Shown piece by piece: positions 43,552 through 52,363 of a stretch of 64,000 bases of DNA (positions are counted from its first letter, which is position 1; the number at the start of each line of letters is the position of its first letter). A program made the translations under genes and the position numbers. Below the pieces are notes generated by a model. That model made no database searches and was not told where the DNA came from. It saw only the letters and a list, made by a program, of their open reading frames with translations. The stretch lies in IMG/VR virus record IMGVR_UViG_3300045961_000282, positions 1-64,000 of that record; one strand, given 5' to 3'.

Positions 43552-45608
43552 CCGACGACCTGACCACTGACGCCGCGACCGACATCGTCCTGCCCGACGT
43601 CCACGAGGCAGCCACGGGCGAGATCCCGCACACCGTCGTGCACTTCAATGCCATGGTCGGCGCGGCGTTCCGGGCGGCCAACGACAAGCGGGCGCGCAGC
43701 CAGCAGCGAGCGCTGGGCATGAGCGAGTTGGGCGGCTGCCGCCGACAGGCCGGGTTCAAGGTCACCAACACCCCGCAGTCCAACCCACAGGGGGACCGCA
43801 CTGACATCTTCGCCGACTCTCGCGAAGCCATGATCGGTTCAATGATCCACGACACGATCCTGCCGCAGATCGCCGAGATGAGCATGACCGCCGAGATCGA
43901 GAAGCCGGTGGTGCTCAAGTTCGAGGGACTGCCCGAAGTCCCCGGATCAGTCGATATGGTTGATGGGGATATCGTGCTGGATCTCAAGTGCCTGTCCCCA
44001 GAAACCCCGATCCTGATGGCGGATGGGCGCGCGAAAAGGGCCGATGAAATCAAGGTCGACGACCTTGTGGTGGTCTACGACCAGATCCACGACAAGTTGG
44101 TCCACGGCACCATCGCGGCAGTCGAGGAGAACGGCGACCAGCCGACCGTCGAGGTGATCACCGAGAGCGGGCGGCGGCTCAAGGTCACCGACGAGCACCC
44201 GGTCTGGGTCAAGGACGATCCCGAGTCGCTGGGCCGCTGGGTGGATGCCTTCGACCTCGAGGCCGGAATGCTGGCCACGCTGGCCCTGTCCGCGCCCGTG
44301 GAGACCCCGCAGCCGTTGCCGGAGATCGGCCCCGATGACCCATGGCTGCTGGGGCTGCTGGCGGCGGTTCAGTTCACCCCCGATGACCTCATGGTCAAGG
44401 TCTCCGACGAGACGGTGCGGGCCGTGGCAATGACGTCCATCGCGCTGATGGAGCCCGGCTACGCCAACGAACTGTGGCGGCGCAACTCGTGGATCGGGCT
44501 GGGCGACCCGCAGATCCCCGACGACGTGATCCTGTCCGGCCCGCGGGCGTGGCAGGAGTGGCTGTCGGGCTTCTCGGCCATGGCCCTGTCGTTCGAGGAG
44601 CGCACGTCGTGGAAGACCCCCAACCGGGCCTTCGCCGAACAGATGGCCGCGATGCTGTGCGGGCTGGGCATCAAGGCCCACATCGGCATGGACGACTACG
44701 GCAAGCCCGTGGTGTCGGTGCGCGACGACTACGGGGTCAAGCGGCTGTCCAGCGCCCTGTGGCTGCGCGGCAACAAGAGCGAGCGGCTGCGGGCCATCGC
44801 CGAGCGGCTCGACGGCACCCGCCCGGAGCACTACGAACTGGACAGGATCACCGCCGTCATCCGCGACAGCGAGCCGACCCGCACGTTGGCCATCGAGGTT
44901 GCCGAGTTCCACACGTTCGTCACCGGGGGTCTGGTCACCCACAACACCGTCGGGTCCAACTCAGCGACCTACTACCAGACCCACGGAGCCAGCCGTCGGC
45001 ACCTGTTCCAGACGCACGGGTACGCCCAAGCCCTGATCAACGCAGGGCACGACATCCGCCACGTCGCGCTGGCCTACATCGACCGGTCCAACGGGCAGGT
45101 CGTGCACATGCACTACCAGCCCTTCGACCCCGGCATCGTGATGGACATCGAGCAGTGGTGGCTGGAGGTCAACTCGGCCACCGACCCGATGGACCTTCCG
45201 CGCGACGAGAAGGGGCCCGGGATCTCGCGGCAGTGCGACTGGTGCCCGTGGCTCAACCTGTGCTGGGGCCCCGATGCCAAGCCCGGCGAGATCGGCCCAC
45301 AGAAGGTCATCGTCCACGAGGCCAGTGACGAGAACGCCGAGGTTGAGCGCTGGCTGCGCGAGTACCACGCCGCGTCGAAGGCTGAGAAGGAGGCGACCGA
45401 GAACAAGAAAATGGCCCGCGCCGTTCTGGCCGACGCCCCTGCGGGTCAGTATGGTTCGTTCGTCCTCGGCTGGAGCCCGGACGGGTCCTACGAAACCCTC
45501 GATGCCGATGCTGCCGAGAAGGCCCTGACCGCCGCCGGGCTGCCGGTGCCCAAGGTCACCCGGACCCGGCAGGGCGCGATTCGGGTGAAGCCCAGCAAGA
45601 AGGTCTGA
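43548..45608 (+). CDS. Cas4/RecB-like PD-(D/E)xK exonuclease containing an intein
   Basis: MSELGGCRR, G..IH, GSVD, DLK, Q.HGY, CDWCPW..C (4-Cys). Confidence 0.85.
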   Translation: MTDDLTTDAATDIVLPDVHEAATGEIPHTVVHFNAMVGAAFRAANDKRARSQQRALGMSELGGCRRQAGFKVTNTPQSNPQGDRTDIFADSREAMIGSMIHDTILPQIAEMSMTAEIEKPVVLKFEGLPEVPGSVDMVDGDIVLDLKCLSPETPILMADGRAKRADEIKVDDLVVVYDQIHDKLVHGTIAAVEENGDQPTVEVITESGRRLKVTDEHPVWVKDDPESLGRWVDAFDLEAGMLATLALSAPVETPQPLPEIGPDDPWLLGLLAAVQFTPDDLMVKVSDETVRAVAMTSIALMEPGYANELWRRNSWIGLGDPQIPDDVILSGPRAWQEWLSGFSAMALSFEERTSWKTPNRAFAEQMAAMLCGLGIKAHIGMDDYGKPVVSVRDDYGVKRLSSALWLRGNKSERLRAIAERLDGTRPEHYELDRITAVIRDSEPTRTLAIEVAEFHTFVTGGLVTHNTVGSNSATYYQTHGASRRHLFQTHGYAQALINAGHDIRHVALAYIDRSNGQVVHMHYQPFDPGIVMDIEQWWLEVNSATDPMDLPRDEKGPGISRQCDWCPWLNLCWGPDAKPGEIGPQKVIVHEASDENAEVERWLREYHAASKAEKEATENKKMARAVLADAPAGQYGSFVLGWSPDGSYETLDADAAEKALTAAGLPVPKVTRTRQGAIRVKPSKKV
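43989..44945 (+). mobile_element. intein (319 aa) with degenerate LAGLIDADG-type core
   Basis: Starts CLSPETPILMADG, block B TDEHP, ends VTHN followed by Thr; inserted right after DLK. Confidence 0.9.
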
Positions 45609-45619
45609 CCCACATCCCA

Positions 45620-45655
45620 GAGGGCCCCGAAAGCATCGACGCTTCCGGGGCCCTC
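45620..45655 (+). terminator. hairpin terminator
   Basis: GAGGGCCCCG...CGGGGCCCTC after stop. Confidence 0.7.
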
Positions 45656-45743
45656 GGCGTTCGTGGGCACCTTCGGCGGTGCTAGGTTTGAAAGGTCCCG
45701 TTGGGGACACGGACGCCCCCATGGGGGCACTAGGGAGAAGAAG

Positions 45744-46889
45744 ATGAAGCGCACAATCGCAGCCGCTGCAGCGGCTGCGTTGGCGGTCATCGGACTCGCC
45801 TCCCCGGCCACGGCCGCCGAGACAAAGTTCGATCTGATCGCCAACGGTGGCACTACCGCCACATCGCAGGACATCGGTGATGTGTTCGTCACCGATGACG
45901 GGGCCACGCTCGCAGTCCGCGTTGTCCTCAACGGAGAACTCGACGCCAGCAACAACGTGCCCACCCTTGTCTACGGCATCAGCGCCGAAGCGAACTGCAC
46001 CATTGCTGAGTTCCCGCTGTCCAAGGGCAACCCGGTCCCCGGGCAGTTCGACTACCAGCAGGCGTACCCCGATGGGGCGGCCGGACCGTTCGAGTTCACC
46101 CTGACCCGTCCGGCCTGCGATGACCCGCTGGTGGCCGTGCATGCCGACGTCAAGGAACTCGGAAACATTGCGGGGTTCAACTCAGTGTTCCCCGCCTCAG
46201 TGTCGTTCCGCCTCGTGCAGGACACCGGCGCTGACCCAGATGCGTCCTACTTCGACACCACGTTCACGGCGACGTCGGGCCTGCTCGCGGGCGAGACGTT
46301 CAACGGGTGGTGCGTCGACGTTGGGCACAGCGTCTCGATGAACACGACATACCCGGCCACGGCGTACTCGATCCTCGAACTGCCCACCGGGCCGATCGGC
46401 AACATCGACAAGCCGCAGAACCTGCCCGGCGTGATGTGGCTGCTCAACAACTACCGCCCCGGTGATGTGGTGACCGCTGACATCACGCCGAACGACGGGA
46501 TCGCCAACCCGGTGACCCGAACGCTCACCTCGGGCGACATCCAGCGGGCCATCTGGTACATCGTGGACAACACCCAGTCCACATCCGGCCTCGGGGCATA
46601 CAGCGATCCGTGGGCCAAGTACCTAGCGGACCTCGGACTGGCGAACGTCGCCTACGCGCCCGCGAGCCTGTGCGGTCTGGTCGTTCCGATCATCCTCGTG
46701 ACGAACAACAACGGCGTGCAGACGACAATCGCGCAGACCACGCTGGTCGAACTGGGCGTCCCCTGTGCGGACATCACTGCCACGGCGATGGCGATGAACA
46801 CCGCTGTGACGGTCACCGAGAAGGGATCGGTCCGCTACGGCGAACAGTTCCCGGGATCCAATTGGTTCTCCTACGTGATCGCCCTGTAG
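45744..46889 (+). CDS. secreted protein with thioester-domain (TED)-like motifs
   Basis: Signal peptide; GWCVD and IQRAIW motifs; distal VQ. Confidence 0.6.
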   Translation: MKRTIAAAAAAALAVIGLASPATAAETKFDLIANGGTTATSQDIGDVFVTDDGATLAVRVVLNGELDASNNVPTLVYGISAEANCTIAEFPLSKGNPVPGQFDYQQAYPDGAAGPFEFTLTRPACDDPLVAVHADVKELGNIAGFNSVFPASVSFRLVQDTGADPDASYFDTTFTATSGLLAGETFNGWCVDVGHSVSMNTTYPATAYSILELPTGPIGNIDKPQNLPGVMWLLNNYRPGDVVTADITPNDGIANPVTRTLTSGDIQRAIWYIVDNTQSTSGLGAYSDPWAKYLADLGLANVAYAPASLCGLVVPIILVTNNNGVQTTIAQTTLVELGVPCADITATAMAMNTAVTVTEKGSVRYGEQFPGSNWFSYVIAL

Positions 46890-46900
46890 TACCCCAACGC

Positions 46901-46930
46901 CAAAGGGCCCCGGCTCTCCGGGGCCCTTTG
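46901..46930. terminator. bidirectional terminator
   Basis: CAAAGGGCCCCGG..CCGGGGCCCTTTG between convergent genes. Confidence 0.85.
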
Positions 46931-46941
46931 CTTGCGCCTAC

Positions 46942-47466
46942 CTAGTCGACGTCCTCTTCCTCGACCACCGTGGCATCCACAACGTTGTCGATGGCCGTTG
47001 CCCGGCCCAGCCGCTCCAACCGTTCGGCCAGCACCGCCGCCGGGTTGGTTTGCCGGACGTTGATATCGATCTCCTGCTTCTGCGGCGGCGGCGTCACGCC
47101 GATGCGGTCCAGCGTCACCTCCACGGCGCGCATCCGCACGTTCTGCCGGGTGTCGGGGCCCAACAGGTCGGCCAGTGCGTCCAGCGCGGTGTCGGCCATG
47201 CCCATCAGCCGCAGGCGCGCAGCCTCCACCACCGCGTCGGCGTAGACGCCCACGCTCGGGAACGACTCATACCCGGCGTGGGCGGCACACTCACTCAAGC
47301 CGCGGATGCTCCAGCGGCCACAGCGCTCCATCGTGTCGGGGTTCACCACCGCCACGCAGCGCATCGTCGGCAGCGGCGCGTCGAGAGTGGGCTCCCAGCC
47401 CTCTTCGATGACCAGCGGAACACCCTCGGGGTCCGGGTCGGTGAAGCGAACGGGTTCGGCAGTCAT
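46942..47466 (-). CDS. terminase small subunit-like protein
   Basis: RC.A..RC....G...C..H.G zinc motif; AL..L..L..VR.RA....LDR.G helical motif. Confidence 0.55.
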   Translation of the reverse strand: MTAEPVRFTDPDPEGVPLVIEEGWEPTLDAPLPTMRCVAVVNPDTMERCGRWSIRGLSECAAHAGYESFPSVGVYADAVVEAARLRLMGMADTALDALADLLGPDTRQNVRMRAVEVTLDRIGVTPPPQKQEIDINVRQTNPAAVLAERLERLGRATAIDNVVDATVVEEEDVD

Positions 47467-47518
47467 GGGGTCAGTATGACTCTTTCGAACGGATGCGACC
47501 AAAGAATCTGCTAAGTCG

Positions 47519-49198
47519 TCATTCCCAGATCGTGTACTTGATCTCCAGCCATGGCTTGTTGCTCGAACTGTGATTGTCGGCGTAACCGTAGTAACTGTTC
47601 GACGTCGAGGGCCCCGGGCCCAGAGCGATGCCCTTGGCGCCGCTGAGGAACTTGCTGCGTATGGTTGCGTTCAGGGTCATGTCGACCCAGCCCGGCTTCG
47701 GGGCACTTCCGTTCTGCTGCAGGTCGGTGCTCGCCGATCCGAACTTGGTCGGCTTGCTGCCGTTGGTATGCGTCCCGATGGGGATGTTGCCGCCCGAGTT
47801 GTTGTAGTGGTGCCGGTTGTAGAACTTCAGGCGCACCGAGGTGACCGACACGGCGCTGGACAGGTTGGGAACGGAGAAACCGATCAGCGAGCGCTGGTTG
47901 CCATGGATCGATGAGTAGTAGCCGTAGTACAGGTAGGACCCGGCGTCAGTGCGCTGCGTGCTGTCGCCGTCATAGGACTGCGACCACGATGCATTGCCAC
48001 TCCACGTCTTGGTGACCAACTGCCGGACGGTCACCCCGACTCCGTTCGACGTCGACCCGAGATAGGCTCCGTTGGCCACGTACTCCGCGTAGTAGGTGGT
48101 GCTTCCGCCGGGGGCGACGCCCACCGACGCGGCGCCGCCCGCAACACCCGCCGTGGCAACGACGCCTCCCGACGGAGACCCTGCGCGGAAGTACACCGTG
48201 CCGCTGGGGGCTCCACCGACATAGGCGGTCAGCGTCAGGGATTGCCCGTTGTTGATCGTCCCCGTGGAGGCTGCCAGCGAGATGCTGGTGGGGTAGTAGA
48301 CCGAGATGGTCACGTAGTTCGAGGTCGACGCGAGGTAGTAGCCGTTGGCGACGTACTGCGCCTGATAGGACGTCGACACCCCCGGCGCCACCGCGATCGA
48401 GGCTGCGCCGCCGGAGACCCCGGCAGACCCGATGATTGCGCCGTTGGACCAGAAGTACACCGTGCCGCTGGCGGCGCCGCTGACATAGGCCGTCAGAGTG
48501 GCTGCCTGCCCGTTGTTGATCGTTCCCGTGGATGCCGCCAGCGAGATGCTGGTGGGGTAGTAGACCGCCACAGCGACCCCGCCCGAAGTCGAACCGAGGT
48601 AGTTTCCGTTGGCGACGTACTGGGCGTAGTAGGTGGTCGCCGCACCGGGGGACACGGTGGCAACAGCCCTGCCCCCGGAAACGCTGGCCGTGGCCGCGAT
48701 GGCGCCCGATGCAGACCCCGAACGGAAGTACACGGTTCCCGATGTCGCCCCGGTCACCGTGGCCGTCAGGGTGACAGCCTCTCCATTGTTGATGCTTGCC
48801 GCCGAGGCCGCCAGCGAGATGCTGGTGGGGTAGTTGACCGTCACGGCGACGCCGCCGGAGGTGGAACTCTTCCACGGCGGGTTCTCGACGAATTCTGCGT
48901 AGTAGGTGGTGCTGGCGCCGGGGTTGACGGTGACCTGCCACGGGCTGCTGGTGCTGGTGGCCACGATGGTCCCGGAGGGTGAGCCGGAACGGAACCGAAC
49001 GGTCGAGTTCAGCGGAACGCCCGCCGTCGGCGTCGCCGTGAGGGTGATCCCCGACCCGTAGTTGATCGTTGTCGCCGATGCCGACAGCGAGATGGTCGTG
49101 GCCTTCTGGTACTCCCAGACCAGTACCGCCCCCTTGTAGACGCGCCAGACCTGTGCGCCCCCCCACTTGACGTTCTTCGCTGTGTTCAGAAGCGGCAT
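47519..49198 (-). CDS. virion adhesin with four tandem Ig-like repeats
   Basis: N-terminal VWRVYKG..VW; 4x TSISLAAS..INNG..TLTA; siphovirus minor-tail-like C-terminal domain. Confidence 0.8.
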   Translation of the reverse strand: MPLLNTAKNVKWGGAQVWRVYKGAVLVWEYQKATTISLSASATTINYGSGITLTATPTAGVPLNSTVRFRSGSPSGTIVATSTSSPWQVTVNPGASTTYYAEFVENPPWKSSTSGGVAVTVNYPTSISLAASAASINNGEAVTLTATVTGATSGTVYFRSGSASGAIAATASVSGGRAVATVSPGAATTYYAQYVANGNYLGSTSGGVAVAVYYPTSISLAASTGTINNGQAATLTAYVSGAASGTVYFWSNGAIIGSAGVSGGAASIAVAPGVSTSYQAQYVANGYYLASTSNYVTISVYYPTSISLAASTGTINNGQSLTLTAYVGGAPSGTVYFRAGSPSGGVVATAGVAGGAASVGVAPGGSTTYYAEYVANGAYLGSTSNGVGVTVRQLVTKTWSGNASWSQSYDGDSTQRTDAGSYLYYGYYSSIHGNQRSLIGFSVPNLSSAVSVTSVRLKFYNRHHYNNSGGNIPIGTHTNGSKPTKFGSASTDLQQNGSAPKPGWVDMTLNATIRSKFLSGAKGIALGPGPSTSNSYYGYADNHSSSNKPWLEIKYTIWE

Positions 49199-49207
49199 GG
49201 CCGTCCC

Positions 49208-49576
49208 TCAGACGATCACGTACAGAATCGCGGGATCCTTGGGGGAGGTCGCGTCGTACTGCGCCTGCGTCATGGTTCGGACCTGCCCGTACCGAGCGTC
49301 CAGATCGATCTGGTTGGCGACCACCTTGCCGCCGGTGATCGTCATGCCCCAACCCGTGATCACCTTGATGACGCGACCCACGTTCGGCTGTTGCTCATCG
49401 ACCAGACCTGCACCCGCGGTGAACTCAGCCGCGTTGGTCACCCACGTGTTGTTCGTCGTGTAGGTGACGACCTTGTTGGTCGTGGTGTCGAAGTACATGT
49501 CGCCGGGCTGAGCCCCCGGCGGCGGGGCGCTGAACATCGGGATACCCAGAGGGATGTAGAACTTGTGCCGCATCAT
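49208..49576 (-). CDS. fibre adaptor protein
   Basis: PGDMYFDT; C-terminal MTQAQYDA...KDP.ILYV motif. Confidence 0.75.
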   Translation of the reverse strand: MMRHKFYIPLGIPMFSAPPPGAQPGDMYFDTTTNKVVTYTTNNTWVTNAAEFTAGAGLVDEQQPNVGRVIKVITGWGMTITGGKVVANQIDLDARYGQVRTMTQAQYDATSPKDPAILYVIV

Positions 49577-49680
49577 CCCCTCCCTCCTGATCGCCGCGTC
49601 ATGGCAGCGCGCGCGCCGCGGCGCTACTCATGGCGCATGGTAGTCGGCATATGGTTCTGCTGTCTGGCTCTTGCTCACGA

Positions 49681-49929
49681 TCACGGATTGCTTGAATCAA
49701 CCGACGGTTCCGGGCCGCTGATGATCTCGATGGTCACGTCATCCAGCCCGAAGATGTAGGTCATTCCGCCCGTCGCGCCATCCCAGAAATGCACCATCTG
49801 GTTGCCCCACGTGATGGCCAGATCGTCACTTGACTCGAACGTGTTGTCGGTCAGATCGCCGATCAGGATCGAGTTGTCCCCGGCCCAATGGACCTGAACG
49901 CGCTGACCCGCCTTGAAGGGTCCCTGCAT
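49681..49929 (-). CDS. hypothetical protein
   Basis: AGGGAG RBS. Confidence 0.6.
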   Translation of the reverse strand: MQGPFKAGQRVQVHWAGDNSILIGDLTDNTFESSDDLAITWGNQMVHFWDGATGGMTYIFGLDDVTIEIISGPEPSVDSSNP

Positions 49930-49938
49930 GGTTGCTCC

Positions 49939-50451
49939 CTACCTCTCTGCCACGGCGAAGTAGTCCACTCGGGTCGCCGTGGTGTTGGTCCGATAGATGT
50001 ACAGCGTGAATCCGCCCGTGCTCGGACTATCTGTTGAAACGTTGACGACCGTTGTCCCGATGACCGAGGAGCGGGCCGAAACGACGAGCGTCGGGGTCAC
50101 CCGGAACCCGCCCTCTGCGTATCCGAATGCCGCCGACGTGTTGGTGTTCGCGACCGGGGTGATGACGACGCTGCCCGCCTTGATCATCCAGTAGTGGTCC
50201 TTGCCCGCGGGGCCCTGAGGTCCCTGTGGGCCTCCGCCACCCTGCGGCCCCTTGGCCCCACCCCATCCCGCAGGGCCCTTGGCTCCAGTGAGACCCTGCG
50301 GCCCCTTGGCCCCTGTGGCGCCAACCGCCCCCTTGGCCCCTGTGGGCCCGATCGCGCCCTTGGCTCCGGTGGGTCCCTGCGGCCCGCGATCGCCGCGCAG
50401 ACCGACGATCTCCCACTCCCCCTGCGAGTTGCGAATCTTGAGGACGGCCAT
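49939..50451 (-). CDS. collagen-like fibre with lectin-like C-terminal domain
   Basis: MAVLKIR..GEW tag; GXY repeats; F..TP.LVV..VDYFAV. Confidence 0.85.
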   Translation of the reverse strand: MAVLKIRNSQGEWEIVGLRGDRGPQGPTGAKGAIGPTGAKGAVGATGAKGPQGLTGAKGPAGWGGAKGPQGGGGPQGPQGPAGKDHYWMIKAGSVVITPVANTNTSAAFGYAEGGFRVTPTLVVSARSSVIGTTVVNVSTDSPSTGGFTLYIYRTNTTATRVDYFAVAER

Positions 50452-50480
50452 TTCTACCACGCCCATTGTATGGTTTGGGG

Positions 50481-51023
50481 ATGATCTGCATTCATTGCGA
50501 CAGGCCCGTCCGCTGTCGAGCACTGTGCTCCATGCACTACCAGAGAGACCGCAAAGGACTTCCGATGACCGCTCCGGGCAGAGTGGTTATGAGAGGAGCC
50601 ACCGCCGAGGAGCGCCTGCTTGCTGGCTTGCCCGATAGGCCCGCGGACGGCTGCTGGATGTGGAGAAGATCCACGGCGCGCTTGGGCTACGGCAAGTTGT
50701 ACTGCGACGGTCGTCTTGTGTCCGCTCACCGGCTCGCATACGAGGTGTGGGTCGGACCTATCCCCGAAGGGGCGCATCTGCTCCACGGGTGCGACACGCC
50801 CGCCTGCTGCAACCCAGCGCACCTGCGTCCGGGGACGCATCAAGAGAACATGCAAGACATGGCTACGAAAGAGCGGAGTGGAAGCACCCGACTCTCCGCG
50901 GATCAGGTGCGCGCAATCCGCGCCGATGGGCGCACTTACGGAGACATCGCCGATACGTACAGCATCAGCCGCTCGATGGTCTACAAGATCAAAGCGCGCA
51001 TCTCGTGGCGACAGGTGAGTTGA
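50481..51023 (+). CDS. HNH homing endonuclease
   Basis: CW.W, GYG, AHRLAY, H.CD.P.C.NP.HL..GT..EN; C-terminal HTH; opposite strand to neighbours. Confidence 0.92.
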   Translation: MICIHCDRPVRCRALCSMHYQRDRKGLPMTAPGRVVMRGATAEERLLAGLPDRPADGCWMWRRSTARLGYGKLYCDGRLVSAHRLAYEVWVGPIPEGAHLLHGCDTPACCNPAHLRPGTHQENMQDMATKERSGSTRLSADQVRAIRADGRTYGDIADTYSISRSMVYKIKARISWRQVS

Positions 51024-51026
51024 CAT

Positions 51027-51566
51027 CTAGTACGTCCCCCAAGCGATCCACGCAACACGGCAGTCGTCGGCCGAACCGCTTCGGTTATGCACGACTCCCA
51101 CCAATCCGTTTGCATTCACCTCGGTGATGCCCGCGCCATCCATGCTGTTTCCCCAGTTGTTCTTGACCCCGGTGCAAATAGCGCTGACCGATTGGTAGGA
51201 GAACCCGAAACCAGCACTCCACGTTGTGTACGAATTCGCGGGACAGGTGACGTAGGTCGCACCCCAGATGATCCGCCAGCGGGGTGTGCCGTACCCGCCC
51301 GAGGTCGGGTTCCCGTCATACCCGACTGGCCCCTGCCCCCCCGTGGGGCCGCGGTCACCCTGCGGCCCCTTGGGTCCCTGATCTCCCGTCTGGCCCTTGG
51401 GCCCCATGTCGCCTTGGGGCCCCTTGGCGCCCGCGTCCCCCGTGGCGCCCTTGGCCCCCATGTCACCCGTCGGCCCCTTGGCCCCTTGGGGCCCCGTTGG
51501 CCCAGCAGGCAGGGACAGCAGGGTCCATGCGCCATCGCTGGACCGGCGGTACCGCAAGACGCTCAT
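51027..51566 (-). CDS. collagen-like fibre protein
   Basis: MSVLRYR tag; GXY repeats; VAWIAWG end. Confidence 0.85.
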   Translation of the reverse strand: MSVLRYRRSSDGAWTLLSLPAGPTGPQGAKGPTGDMGAKGATGDAGAKGPQGDMGPKGQTGDQGPKGPQGDRGPTGGQGPVGYDGNPTSGGYGTPRWRIIWGATYVTCPANSYTTWSAGFGFSYQSVSAICTGVKNNWGNSMDGAGITEVNANGLVGVVHNRSGSADDCRVAWIAWGTY

Positions 51567-52090
51567 GACGGTGACCCCACGCCCACGGCGATCCACTGCA
51601 CGTAGGTGCCAGTGGTGTTGCTGCGAACCACATTGACCTGTGACGACGTCATGCCGGGGCCGGTCATGGTGCCACAGGCGCGCACCGTTCCGGGGACCGA
51701 GGTGCGCGCCGAACAGATGACCGTCGGAAGTTGGGTGAACCCGTCGTAGTAGATGGTCACAGCCGTCGACGTGTTGGACACCGGGGTGATGTAGGCCTCG
51801 CCGCGACGGAAGGTGATCCCCGATGGAACGCCCGGAGCCCCTTGGGGGCCCTGCCCACCTTGGTAGCCCTGTGGGCCCTGATCCCCGGTTGGACCAGTCG
51901 GGCCCTGATCACCCGTAGGCCCAGTGGGCCCTTGATCACCCGTGAGTCCGGTCGGGCCCCGGTCCCCGACGGGCCCCACAGGTCCCTGATCTCCAGTGGG
52001 GCCAACGGGTCCCTGTGGTCCAGTGGGGCCCTTGAGGGGCAGGAGGGCCATCGCCCCCGTCCCCGAGTGACGGTACCTCAGGACGCTCAT
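51563..52090 (-). CDS. collagen-like fibre protein
   Basis: MSVLRYR tag; GXY repeats; VQWIAVG end. Confidence 0.85.
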   Translation of the reverse strand: MSVLRYRHSGTGAMALLPLKGPTGPQGPVGPTGDQGPVGPVGDRGPTGLTGDQGPTGPTGDQGPTGPTGDQGPQGYQGGQGPQGAPGVPSGITFRRGEAYITPVSNTSTAVTIYYDGFTQLPTVICSARTSVPGTVRACGTMTGPGMTSSQVNVVRSNTTGTYVQWIAVGVGSPS

Positions 52091-52233
52091 GGGTAGTTCG
52101 AAGCCTCATCGATCCAGATCAGGATCGCCGGATCAGCGGGCTCCTGCGTTCCGACAGCAACCTGCTTCGGCTCCGGTGTCGCGAACGGCTTGAACTGCTG
52201 GTCGACCGGGTCGCGGTACCACAGGGTTGCCAT
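52087..52233 (-). CDS. 48-aa minimal YRD-tag adaptor (below cutoff)
   Basis: [32 protein letters not shown]; GGAGG RBS; ATGA overlap. Confidence 0.75.
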   Translation of the reverse strand: MATLWYRDPVDQQFKPFATPEPKQVAVGTQEPADPAILIWIDEASNYP

Positions 52234-52363
52234 CGGGCGGGCTCCCTCCAGTGTTGGCTACTGTGGCAGCGTAGTTGCAGGAGCCCCCTCGGCGACCCTA
52301 GAAACACACATCGCCCGATCGGCTCGAGCGCGACATCCCCGCCGAGGATTGAATCAGACAAAT

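Noticed and set aside
43548-45608. Cas4 as evidence of a CRISPR-Cas system
   Set aside because: Solo Cas4-like exonucleases paired with an annealing protein are ordinary phage recombination modules.
52234-52363. tRNA or structured RNA in intergenic gaps (also 4090-4250, 49580-49680, 55440-55530)
   Set aside because: I could not identify a cloverleaf, T-loop consensus or known RNA motif by eye.
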